Shown piece by piece: positions 38,249 through 47,301 of a stretch of DNA of 64,000 nucleotides. A program made the position numbers and the translations under genes. The stretch spans positions 6,682 to 70,681 of the forward strand of contig JAQBYN010000002.1 of NCBI GenBank assembly GCA_027622715.1, read 5' to 3'. The stretch is from Pseudomonadota bacterium (GTDB taxonomy: Bacteria; Pseudomonadota; Alphaproteobacteria; SHVP01). The stretch's first letter is position 1; each line of letters opens with the position of its first letter. The notes under the pieces were generated by a model. It was not told where the DNA came from, made no database searches, and worked only from the letters and a program-made list of their open reading frames with translations.

Positions 38249-39457
38249 GTGACGGTGCGCAAGCCGCCGGTCATTTTCTTAGTCACCGTGACGGCCGCGG
38301 GCATTTTCGCGACCAACATGTACGTCCCATCGTTGCCGGCGATCGCCATTGACTTAGCGGCGAGCGAACGCGCTGTGCAGTTCACGATGACCGCGTTCCT
38401 GATCGTTTTCGCGGTCTTTCAGCTGGTCTATGGCCCGCTGGCCGACCGCTACGGGCGCAAGCGGATCATGCTGGGTGGCTTGACGATATTTATGATCGCT
38501 AATGTCATCGCCGCGAGCGCGCAGTCGATTGAGTGGCTGTTGGTCGCGCGTGTCCTGCAGGCGGTTGGCGCATGTGCGGGTCTGGTGATTAGCCGCGCCA
38601 TGGTGCGAGACACCTACGAGCGAGGCGAAAGCGCCCGTATCATGGCCTATCTCGGCATGGGGTCGGGCGTATCGTCGTCCGTTGCGCCGTTGCTCGGCGG
38701 TGCGCTGCAGGGATGGACGGGCGATTGGCGCTCCAGTTTCGTCTTCATGAGCGTCTTCACGTTGGGCCCGATGCTGGTGCTCGCCCTTACGGTGCGCGAG
38801 ACGTTACGCCGGGAAGACGCCGCGCGAGGCGGACTCGGCGGGATGGTGCGGGATTATTTTTCTCTATTGAGGACGCCGGAGTACATGTTGTTTTCGTTGG
38901 GCGCGGCCATGATGAACGCCACGTTCTTCGCGTTTCTGACGACCGCGCCGTTCATTTTGATCAATGTCGTCGGGGCGTCACCCGAGCGCTTGGGCGTCGT
39001 GCTGCTCTACATCACCACCGGATTTTTTGTCGGGAACTTGGTGGTTTCTCGAATCGGCGCGCGGTTTCCGCTTGAACGTATGATTCTCGGCGGGAGCACG
39101 CTTTGTTTCGCGGGGGTCGCGATCTTCACAGTGCTGGCGCTTGGCGGCGCGCGGAGCGAAGAGGCGATCGCACTGCCGATGTTGTTGTTCGGTTTAGGCA
39201 ACGGTTTCGTGCTGCCGCCATCGAGCGTGATCGCGGTCAGCGTCCGACCGCAGGTCGCTGGGACTGCATCCGCGCTATATGGGTTCAATGCCTTCGGACT
39301 TGGTGCGCTCGGCACCGTCGTCGCCGGCCTAATCTCCAATGAGACTCAGGTGCCTTTGGGGTTCGCAATGATGACGATGACGGGGATGGCGGTCGTCTTC
39401 TTTGCAACCGGCACCATAATCACGCGCCGACGAGACGTCGCTAGATTACGAGGTTGA
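38249..39457 (+). CDS. Bcr/CflA family MFS efflux transporter 4
   Basis: TNMYVPSLPAIA, YGPLADRYGRK, SRAMVRDTY, AGTASALYG. Confidence 0.92.
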   Translation: MTVRKPPVIFLVTVTAAGIFATNMYVPSLPAIAIDLAASERAVQFTMTAFLIVFAVFQLVYGPLADRYGRKRIMLGGLTIFMIANVIAASAQSIEWLLVARVLQAVGACAGLVISRAMVRDTYERGESARIMAYLGMGSGVSSSVAPLLGGALQGWTGDWRSSFVFMSVFTLGPMLVLALTVRETLRREDAARGGLGGMVRDYFSLLRTPEYMLFSLGAAMMNATFFAFLTTAPFILINVVGASPERLGVVLLYITTGFFVGNLVVSRIGARFPLERMILGGSTLCFAGVAIFTVLALGGARSEEAIALPMLLFGLGNGFVLPPSSVIAVSVRPQVAGTASALYGFNAFGLGALGTVVAGLISNETQVPLGFAMMTMTGMAVVFFATGTIITRRRDVARLRG

Positions 39458-42170
39458 ACAAGCTGCCTTGTCCACCGGCAAATGCGCTCGCGTTGTTACT
39501 CGCGTTGAACGAAATGGATTGCAGCCGCTGTAGCGCCGCTTGCATCGACGATATTTGATCGAGGAGGCGCTGCGGTGGTTGAGGTGGGAGCTCGAACTCG
39601 GGGTCCGGGCCCTCGGTCTTAAGGCGGAACGCTTTCTTGATGGTCGAACTCGCGAATTCGAGCAATGTCACAGCATCCTCGACAGCGCTCTCCGTCAGAA
39701 GGTTGATGTCGCTGGTCAGACCCAGACCGAAGTTGGTCTCGACAAAGCCCTCGCTGCCATCATCTTCAACCTCACCGAAAAGTACTTCGGGGCGCAAGCC
39801 AATGCCCGACAATGCGTCACGTCCTTCCGGGCCGGCGATCAATTCGATCTTATGACCGTTGAGTGCACTGACCCGGAGGAATCGCCCGGTAATGTCGCCA
39901 TCGATGAACCGCGCGGTGCCTTCGCCGCCAGAGCCGATCGCGTTGCGGAGTTTGAATGCGAGGAAACCATAGGTATCGTCGTCGTCGATCGTGATTTGTT
40001 TTCGCGGTCCGTTATCGACGGAGACATAGAAATACTGGCCGGGCCGGATCGTGCTAACGCTGGTGATCGTATCGGAGGGATCGGGGGGCACTTCACCCGT
40101 CGGGAGACCCATCCGCGACAACACGTTCGTTCCGTTGGCGTCGAAAGCGATCGACGACCCGCGTTGATCGAACCCGCCACCAAACTGGTGGCGCCACGTT
40201 TCGTTGAGGGTCGCATCGAACTTGATCACGAAAGCGTCGGTGATGCCGGTCGATGTCTCGCCGCCCAAAGTGCCGGCGGTTTCGCCAGTGACGTAGACCT
40301 CTTCGGTCGTCGGATCGACGGCGACGCTGAAGGCGCGATCGCCGACCGCGGTACCCATGAACGTGCCAAACGTGACCGCGCCATCCGCGTTGGCAAGTTT
40401 GGCCACGAACCCGTCGGTGTCGCCAGCGTGGGCCGTGACCGGCGTTGTCCCGCCGAAGAATGCGGTATTCGAGGTGTAGCCGCTGACGTAGATGTCGCCG
40501 TCGCTATCGACGGTCAGGCCAGTGACGGCACCATCGCTGCCGAGCGTGCCGCTAAACTCCCAGTCCTGCGCGGTCGCGTCGCCGTCGGCATAGCGCCGAA
40601 CGAACCCGACACCATCGTCAGTTCCGGCAAGCAACACGTTGCCTGACCCGTCGACCGCTACGGCGGTGTGCTGCTCATCGCCAGCATCGCCAAATTGTCG
40701 GCTGTACACAAAGGAGCCGCTGCTGTCGAGTTTCGTGACGAACGCGTCGTCCCCGCCGCTATACCCCTCGCCGGGAGCAATCTCGGAGCGGGTCAAACCG
40801 GCAATGAATATTTCGTTGCTGCTGTTGACGGTCAGGGAGACCGCAACATCGTCCAAAAAGGGGCCCGCTTGCCGAGTCCATTGCTCTTGCCCGACGCTGT
40901 TGAATTGGGTGACAAAGGCGTCAAGGTTGCCGCCGAAGGCGTTGGCCGTGAGTTCGCCGCGCACCTGGCCCGTGACGATAACGTTGTCGTTGCTATCGAC
41001 TGCAACGGCAAAGCCGGCGCCGTCTACAGTTGCGCCAAGACGTCGGGTGAACTCGAGAGTGCCGGCGGCGTCGTACTTGTTTAGGAACACATCGCTGTTC
41101 TCGGGATCAACATTTTGCGTGCCGAGATCGCCGGCGGTTTTCCCAACAACATACACCGCGCCGGTGCTGTCAACGGCGACCCCACGGGCGTCGTCGCCCT
41201 TATCGGTCGTATCGATCTGATTGTAGAAAACCTCGGTCGGATTGGCGGTCACGAGATCGTCGATCTTGGTAACGAAGCCACCGCCCGATGGCCCCTGACC
41301 GCGCAGGCCGGCGACGTAGACCGCGCTCGATTCGGTTGCCGCGGCAGCACTGAGGGTCGCGGTTTCGCCGAAACCAACATCGATACGGAACCCGTATTTA
41401 TTCTCGTCGTAGCGCTCGGTGTGTAGCTGGGTCGCAATGCCTGCGTTGACCAACTCGGGATTCACGTAGGCTGAAATATTGTCCAGCGTGTAATCGTTCG
41501 GATCTGCGCTGACTGCGCTCAATGTAATTGTGACCGAACGGACGGTGGTTCCATCATCGGTTTGGACGGTGAATTGGTCTGTTGGGGTTAGTCCCGGTAT
41601 CGGATCGTTGCGGTTTTCCAGAATGACCGCCCCGTTGAAGCGCGGCGCGCTTTCGTCCTGAGGCAGGACAATCGACGAATCGAGGTCGGCCTCCAATATT
41701 CCGGTGACCAGCGAGATAGTGTTGTAATTCGCGCCGTTGACAAAGGTTTCGAGTTCGGCGACCCGAGTCTGGAATTTGCTGTCCACCAGCGTCGACAACA
41801 GCTTGCCCTGCGTCGTCTGGGCATACTTTGCGATATCCAACATTTCATTGACCGCTTTGTAGGCGGCGAAGAGCGATTTCGAATCGTCGTCCAGGTCGAC
41901 GCGGTCGAACAGCGGATCCTTCGGATCGATCAACGCTGCCTGCGAAAACACCCGTTGCTCGAGGCTTTTGTCGGGGACCGTCTGACGCAGCTGCCAGGGC
42001 GGAATAACGGTTTGTTCGCGGGCCGCGATCAGCCGGCCGATCTCACCGTTGCGCAAAACCGCCGTGCGCACAGCCGCCGACTGTCCACCGCCAGCAGCGT
42101 AATAGTTGCCGATGACGTTGAAGTCGAAAAAGAGCGGCTGATACCTCGCGAACGAGGACGAGAAGACCAT
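39441..42170 (-). CDS. FlaEY-like flagellar-associated protein with SBBP beta-propeller repeats
   Basis: 909 aa, no Sec signal; helical N- and C-termini; repeated GVAVDSxGxVYVxG...DAFVxKxDxxG units; sigma54 and ftr-like sites upstream. FlaEY resemblance is from recollection, not a search. Confidence 0.65.
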   Translation of the reverse strand: MVFSSSFARYQPLFFDFNVIGNYYAAGGGQSAAVRTAVLRNGEIGRLIAAREQTVIPPWQLRQTVPDKSLEQRVFSQAALIDPKDPLFDRVDLDDDSKSLFAAYKAVNEMLDIAKYAQTTQGKLLSTLVDSKFQTRVAELETFVNGANYNTISLVTGILEADLDSSIVLPQDESAPRFNGAVILENRNDPIPGLTPTDQFTVQTDDGTTVRSVTITLSAVSADPNDYTLDNISAYVNPELVNAGIATQLHTERYDENKYGFRIDVGFGETATLSAAAATESSAVYVAGLRGQGPSGGGFVTKIDDLVTANPTEVFYNQIDTTDKGDDARGVAVDSTGAVYVVGKTAGDLGTQNVDPENSDVFLNKYDAAGTLEFTRRLGATVDGAGFAVAVDSNDNVIVTGQVRGELTANAFGGNLDAFVTQFNSVGQEQWTRQAGPFLDDVAVSLTVNSSNEIFIAGLTRSEIAPGEGYSGGDDAFVTKLDSSGSFVYSRQFGDAGDEQHTAVAVDGSGNVLLAGTDDGVGFVRRYADGDATAQDWEFSGTLGSDGAVTGLTVDSDGDIYVSGYTSNTAFFGGTTPVTAHAGDTDGFVAKLANADGAVTFGTFMGTAVGDRAFSVAVDPTTEEVYVTGETAGTLGGETSTGITDAFVIKFDATLNETWRHQFGGGFDQRGSSIAFDANGTNVLSRMGLPTGEVPPDPSDTITSVSTIRPGQYFYVSVDNGPRKQITIDDDDTYGFLAFKLRNAIGSGGEGTARFIDGDITGRFLRVSALNGHKIELIAGPEGRDALSGIGLRPEVLFGEVEDDGSEGFVETNFGLGLTSDINLLTESAVEDAVTLLEFASSTIKKAFRLKTEGPDPEFELPPQPPQRLLDQISSMQAALQRLQSISFNASNNASAFAGGQGSLFNLVI

Positions 42171-42210
42171 TGTTTGCGAACCTGAGGATTGCGGGTCTGC
42201 CTGGATTCAC

Positions 42211-42226
42211 TGCAAACAATGAGCCA
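42211..42226 (-). promoter_or_regulatory. sigma54 (-24/-12) promoter of the FlaEY-like gene
   Basis: TGGCTC-ATTGT-TTGCA on the minus strand (GG-N10-GC), 40 bp upstream of the ATG. Confidence 0.7.
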
Positions 42227-42239
42227 GCCGCGCCGGTCC

Positions 42240-42255
42240 TGGCATGCCAAATGCA
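42240..42255 (+). promoter_or_regulatory. Possible divergent sigma54 promoter for the sugar operon
   Basis: TGGCAT-GCCAA-ATGCA (GG-N10-GC); -12 element imperfect. Confidence 0.45.
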
Positions 42256-42409
42256 CCGTATACCTTCGAAATCAGGGTTAACGGCTGTCCGGCTTGGTTC
42301 GGATTCACCGACTGTTAACCAAACCGCCGTGAGAATGCCGGAGATATGACACAGGAACGCGCACGACCACCCGTTCGCCGCATCGGCAGGGGGTGGATTG
42401 TGCCCACCA

Positions 42410-42428
42410 CCCGGCAAATTTTGCCGGG
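42410..42428. promoter_or_regulatory. Perfect 19-bp palindrome, ftr/FlbD enhancer-like
   Basis: CCCGGCAAA-T-TTTGCCGGG; the CGGC-N7-GCCG core resembles Caulobacter ftr elements. Confidence 0.6.
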
Positions 42429-42441
42429 CAAAGAGGCATAA

Positions 42442-44022
42442 ATGGCCCCTGGCGAACCCGCTGCGATCCCGTTTGATATCTTGCGTTCTCCTAAACGGGC
42501 CCGCGATAAGATCAAATCGTTGCAGGACCTCGCGGCGATCTCCGCTGCGCTGAAGGCGCGGGGTAAGACCATCGTTCTCGCCCACGGCGTGTTCGACCTG
42601 GTCCATATGGGGCATGTCCGTCATCTGGAGGCCGCCGCCGCGGAAGGCGACGTCCTTATCGTGACGATTACCCCTGATGAATTCGTCAACAAGGGGCCGG
42701 GGCGCCCGGTTTTCACTGGAGGTCTGCGCGCCGAAATGCTCGCGGCGCTGGGCTGCACGGACTGGATCGGCGTGAACGAATGGTCGAGCGCTGAGCAATT
42801 GCTCGAACTCGTTCGTCCGGACGTCTACGTCAAAGGCTCCGACTACTCCAACGAGGGCGAGGACCTCACCGGCAAGATTCGGATGGAGCGGGAAGCCGTC
42901 GAGCGGCACGGCGGCCGCGTCGTCTATACCGACGACATCACTTTTTCCTCGTCCTCGCTGATTAACCGGCACCTGAACGTCTTCGAACCCGACGTGATGG
43001 AGTATCTCAACGGACTCGACAAGGCGGCGCATTTGGAAAGCGCTCTTGGCGCGCTCGATCGCATTAAAGACATGCGCGTGCTGCTAGTCGGCGAAGCGAT
43101 CATCGACGAATATCTGTACGCGAAGCCGATGGGGAAGTCGGCGAAAGAAAATATCATCGCGTCGCGCTACTCGGGCCGCGAGGTTTTTGCTGGTGGCGTC
43201 ATCGCCGCGGCAAATCACGTCGCCGACTTCGTCAAGGATGTCGAAGTCGTCACCATCCTCGGCGAACGAGAATCCTACCAAAGCCTCATCCGCGACACGA
43301 TCCGTGACAACGTAACGATCCACAGCCTGTATCGCCCCGGCCTTCCGACCATTCGCAAGAGCCGATATGTCGACCCCGGGCACATGCGCAAGCTATTCGA
43401 GGTGTATCACTTCGACGACACCCCGTTGAACGGGCCGATCGAGAAACAACTATGCGACATGATCGGGGATCGGGCGCGTGATTTCGATGTTGTGATCGTC
43501 ACCGATTTTGGTCACGGCATGATGACGCCGCGCGCCATTCGAACCACCATCGAAACCGCGCCGTTCTTGGCGGTCAACGCACAGAGCAATAGTGCTAACC
43601 TCGGCTACAACATGGTCACCCGCTACAACCGCGCCGACTATGTTTGCATTGACGCGCCAGAGGCACAGCTAGCGACTGGCGACCGGTTTTCCGACATCGA
43701 AGACGTCATTACCGACGGCCTCGCCCATGCGATTGATTGCGATCGCATTGCTGTGACGCACGGCCAAAATGGCTGCGTCACGTACGACCGCCAGCAAGAT
43801 GTGCGGCGTGTCCCGGCTTTTACCCGCCAAGTTGTGGATACCGTCGGCGCGGGCGATGCATTCCTCGCGGTGACATCGCCGGTGGTGGCCGCTGGCGCCG
43901 ACATGGAGGTCGCCGGCTTCATCGGCAATGCCGTGGGCGCGCTGAAGGTTGGCATCGTTGGGCACCGCCAGTCGGTGGAAAAGATTCCGGTCCAGAAATA
44001 CATAACAACGTTGTTGAAGTAG
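42442..44022 (+). CDS. Bifunctional cytidylyltransferase-like + PfkB kinase (RfaE/HldE-like, reversed domain order)
   Basis: N-terminal HGVFDLVHMGH and VKGSDY; C-terminal GEAIIDEY and VVDTVGAGDAF. Confidence 0.9.
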   Translation: MAPGEPAAIPFDILRSPKRARDKIKSLQDLAAISAALKARGKTIVLAHGVFDLVHMGHVRHLEAAAAEGDVLIVTITPDEFVNKGPGRPVFTGGLRAEMLAALGCTDWIGVNEWSSAEQLLELVRPDVYVKGSDYSNEGEDLTGKIRMEREAVERHGGRVVYTDDITFSSSSLINRHLNVFEPDVMEYLNGLDKAAHLESALGALDRIKDMRVLLVGEAIIDEYLYAKPMGKSAKENIIASRYSGREVFAGGVIAAANHVADFVKDVEVVTILGERESYQSLIRDTIRDNVTIHSLYRPGLPTIRKSRYVDPGHMRKLFEVYHFDDTPLNGPIEKQLCDMIGDRARDFDVVIVTDFGHGMMTPRAIRTTIETAPFLAVNAQSNSANLGYNMVTRYNRADYVCIDAPEAQLATGDRFSDIEDVITDGLAHAIDCDRIAVTHGQNGCVTYDRQQDVRRVPAFTRQVVDTVGAGDAFLAVTSPVVAAGADMEVAGFIGNAVGALKVGIVGHRQSVEKIPVQKYITTLLK

Positions 44023-44028
44023 GGCGCT

Positions 44029-44661
44029 ATGGCAGTCGATTTCTCGAAACAAAATCTCTCGGCGTATTTTGCGACGCTTGGTGCGATGGATCGTCGAATT
44101 GTTGCGACAGATGAAACCGGCGCACGGCTTGATCTGGCGGCAGTCATGGGCGCGGCCATGGAGCGGGCGCAGCTGACCCACGACGCCGGCAAAAAGCTCA
44201 TGTTTATCGGCAATGGCGGGTCTTCGACGGTCGCGAGCCATATGGCCGAGGATTACACCAAGGCGGGCGGTATTCGCGCCATGGCATTCAACGACCCGGC
44301 CTTTCTAACCTGCTTGGGCAACGATCTCGGTTTCGATCAAATATTTGCCAAGCAGATCGAGATGTTCGCGCAACCGGGCGACATGTTGGTGGCGATTTCA
44401 AGTTCGGGAAATTCGCAAAACATTTTGAACGGCGTATTCGCTGCGCAAAAACGCGGGTGTTGGGTGATGACGCTGTCGGGATTCACCCCGGACAATCTGC
44501 TGCGCAACCTCGGCGACATCAACGTTTACGTGCCGTCTAGCGAATACGGTTTTGTCGAGATTGCCCATTTGGCGGTGTGCCACGCGATGCTCGACATTGC
44601 GATGGGCTGGCAAGATCGCGCCGATCCGGAACACCGTTCTTTGAAAGTGGTTTCAGCATGA
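44029..44661 (+). CDS. SIS-domain phosphoheptose isomerase-like (GmhA-like)
   Basis: IGNGGS...ASH, GNDLGFDQIFAKQI, ISSSGNSQN, E..H. Confidence 0.87.
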   Translation: MAVDFSKQNLSAYFATLGAMDRRIVATDETGARLDLAAVMGAAMERAQLTHDAGKKLMFIGNGGSSTVASHMAEDYTKAGGIRAMAFNDPAFLTCLGNDLGFDQIFAKQIEMFAQPGDMLVAISSSGNSQNILNGVFAAQKRGCWVMTLSGFTPDNLLRNLGDINVYVPSSEYGFVEIAHLAVCHAMLDIAMGWQDRADPEHRSLKVVSA

Positions 44662-45656
44662 CGAACAAGACCTGGAACGTTCTTGTCACCGGCGGTGCCG
44701 GCTACGTCGGCAGCGCGCTGGTGCCCAAGCTTCTGGCTGCCGGGCACCGCGTAACGGTTCTGGATTTGTACATCTACGGCGATGTCTTCGCGCCGATCAA
44801 AGGCGATCCGAAGCTCCGCGAGGTAAAAGGCGATTTGCGTGACCGCGCCGCGGTGGCCGATGCCATGCAGGGCTGCGACGCCGTCATTCACCTGGCGTGT
44901 ATTTCCAACGACCCTAGTTTCGAATTGAACCCCGATCTTGGCAAGTCCATCAACTACGACGCGTTTCGCCCGCTGGTTCGGGTCGCCAAAACCGAAGGGG
45001 TTCGCCGCTTCATCTACGCGTCGTCGTCGAGCGTCTACGGCATCAAGGACGATCCCGAAGTAACCGAGGACCTGCCGCTCGACCCACTGACCGACTACTC
45101 CAAGTTCAAGGCGATGTGCGAAGACGTGCTGGCTGAGGAGCGCGAACCCGGGTTCACCACGCTTATCATCCGGCCCGCCACGGTGTGCGGCTACGCACCC
45201 CGGTTGCGCCTTGATCTGACCGTCAACATCTTGACCAACCACGCGATCAATAACGGCAAGATAACCGTTTTCGGCGGCGCGCAACGCCGCCCGAACATCA
45301 ACATCGAGGACATGACCGATCTCTATGTCAACTGTCTGCAATACGAAGACGCGGCGATTGACGGCAAGATTTTCAACGCCGGTTTTGAGAACCACAGCGT
45401 CGCGGAAATTGCAGAGATGGTCCGCACCTCGGTCGGCAATGGCGTCGAGGTCGTGACTCAGTCGACCGACGACATGCGCTCCTATCACGTCTCATCGCAG
45501 AAGATTCGCGATGAACTCGGATTTGTTCCAGTGCATACGATTGAAGATGCGGTGGACAGTCTGATTGCCGCGTTCAAAACCGGGCAGGTGGCCGATCCAA
45601 TGGCGAATCCGCTCTACTACAACATCAAAACAATGCAGGCGATAGATTTGGCATGA
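44658..45656 (+). CDS. NAD-dependent nucleotide-sugar epimerase/dehydratase
   Basis: VTGGAGYVG, HLACISNDP, YASSSSVYG, YSKFK, RLRLDLTVN. Confidence 0.92.
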   Translation: MTNKTWNVLVTGGAGYVGSALVPKLLAAGHRVTVLDLYIYGDVFAPIKGDPKLREVKGDLRDRAAVADAMQGCDAVIHLACISNDPSFELNPDLGKSINYDAFRPLVRVAKTEGVRRFIYASSSSVYGIKDDPEVTEDLPLDPLTDYSKFKAMCEDVLAEEREPGFTTLIIRPATVCGYAPRLRLDLTVNILTNHAINNGKITVFGGAQRRPNINIEDMTDLYVNCLQYEDAAIDGKIFNAGFENHSVAEIAEMVRTSVGNGVEVVTQSTDDMRSYHVSSQKIRDELGFVPVHTIEDAVDSLIAAFKTGQVADPMANPLYYNIKTMQAIDLA

Positions 45657-46288
45657 CCTTGCTTCTCGGAATCGATTTCGATAATACGATTGTCAGCTAC
45701 GACGCGTTATTCGCGCGGCTCGCAATCGAGGCGGGCTACATTGACGATGTACCGTCCGGCGGAAAAACTGCAATCCGCGACGTGGTGCGCGCCGCGCACG
45801 GCGACAAGGCGTGGCAATTGCTGCAAGCCGACGCCTACGGTGCCCGCGTGAGCGAAGCATTGCTAAGCCAGGGTTTCTCGGCCTTCGTTTCCAGCGCCCG
45901 CCGGTTGGGGGTTCCGCTGGTCGTCGTCAGCCACAAGTCAGTGTTTTCGCATGTTGCCGCCGGCGGCCCGAATCTTCGTTACGCCGCGCTGGCCTGGATG
46001 CGGGCGAACCGGTTCTTTGAACCCGGCGGGCTTGGCTTCGGCGTTGATGACATCTATTTCGAAGGGACGCGGTGCGAGAAGGTGGCGCGCATTCGAGAAC
46101 TCGGCTGCACCCACTTTGTCGATGACCTTCCCGAAGTCTTCGCGGAAAAATCCTTTCCCAATGGTGCGATGCGTATCTTGTACGCCCCGACCGGAGACCG
46201 TGCGGACGGATCCGCTGACGCCGTTGTGAGCGATTGGTTCGACCTACGCGATCTTCTCTTCGCCCATGCCGAAAGAGCCGTCGCGTAA
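45653..46288 (+). CDS. HAD-superfamily phosphatase
   Basis: GIDFDNTI (motif I), VVSHK (II), K and FVDD (III/IV). Confidence 0.85.
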   Translation: MTLLLGIDFDNTIVSYDALFARLAIEAGYIDDVPSGGKTAIRDVVRAAHGDKAWQLLQADAYGARVSEALLSQGFSAFVSSARRLGVPLVVVSHKSVFSHVAAGGPNLRYAALAWMRANRFFEPGGLGFGVDDIYFEGTRCEKVARIRELGCTHFVDDLPEVFAEKSFPNGAMRILYAPTGDRADGSADAVVSDWFDLRDLLFAHAERAVA

Positions 46289-47301
46289 ACGAGCTGTCGC
46301 AGATCGCTGAAGTTGCCCGCGCATTATGCGGCGGCACGGTGGGCGGCTTGGAAGAGATCAATGGCGCCGGCAATCATCGGGTCTACCGCGTTGACGGCAG
46401 TAACGGATCACGTTTTGCGCTCAAGACCTACTTTGCCGGCGGCCATGATGGCCCGCAGCGTTTGAGCGCTGAGTTCAAAGGCCTCACCTATATGTGGCGC
46501 GAAGGATTGCGCGTTATTCCCGAGCCAATGGCGGCGGACCGTGAAGCGCAGTGTGCCCTGTTCGGATGGATCGAAGGCGACCCTGTAACCAAACCGAGGC
46601 CGGTCGACATCGATGCGGCCAGCGACTTCATCCGCGCGCTGCGCGATCTGGCGCGGCAGCCTGACTCCGCGGAATTACCACTTGCCCGCGAGGCATGCTT
46701 GTCGCCGGACGAGTTGCATCGGCAGATTGTCGCACGCCGGGCACGGTTGGCGCGGGAATCCGCATTTCGCGGCGATCTCGCCCTGTTCTTGCGCGACACA
46801 TTTGACGACACGTTGCATGTCAACTGGGCCAAAGCCCGGCGCGGACTTGCTGCCGCGGGGATTCCTGCCGGTAAAGACCTGCCGGTCGAACACCGGACGC
46901 TGTCGCCGTCGGATTTTGGATTTCACAACGCCGTCCGCGCTGCCGACGGCACCCTGATTTTCTGCGACTTCGAATATTTCGGTTGGGACGATCCGGTCAA
47001 GCTGGTTGCGGACTTTGTTCTTCACCCCGGAATGGCCCTGAAACCGCGCCTCGCCGACCGATTCGAGAAAAACGCTTCAGCGATATTTGCCGGCGATCCA
47101 GCTTTCGCCGATCGTTTGAAGCTGTTGAAGCCGCTTTATGCACTGCGCTGGGCCCTCATTACATTGAACGAGTTCATTCCCGAGCGCTGGGCGCAACGGG
47201 CCTTTGCCCACGGCGAACGCGATCGCAATGCAGTGCTGGGGCAACAACTTGCCAAGGCCGAAGGCTTTGTCTCTCGCGTTCATGAGGAGATCGCCGCGTG
47301 A
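46285..47301 (+). CDS. Aminoglycoside-phosphotransferase/kinase-like protein (start codon uncertain)
   Basis: GAGNHRVYRV, FALKTY, LSPSDFGFHN, FCDFEYFGWDDP. Confidence 0.8.
   Translation, partial: VNELSQIAEVARALCGGTVGGLEEINGAGNHRVYRVDGSNGSRFALKTYFAGGHDGPQRLSAEFKGLTYMWREGLRVIPEPMAADREAQCALFGWIEGDPVTKPRPVDIDAASDFIRALRDLARQPDSAELPLAREACLSPDELHRQIVARRARLARESAFRGDLALFLRDTFDDTLHVNWAKARRGLAAAGIPAGKDLPVEHRTLSPSDFGFHNAVRAADGTLIFCDFEYFGWDDPVKLVADFVLHPGMALKPRLADRFEKNASAIFAGDPAFADRLKLLKPLYALRWALITLNEFIPERWAQRAFAHGERDRNAVLGQQLAKAEGFVSRVHEEIAA

Noticed and set aside
39540-40646. 368-aa plus-strand ORF, and similar long ORFs at 27721-28806, 42043-43032, 44526-45488 (antisense) and 6709-7770, 16858-17790, 22472-23473 (same strand, other frame)
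   Set aside because: They are shadows of well-supported genes, expected at high GC, and carry no motifs.
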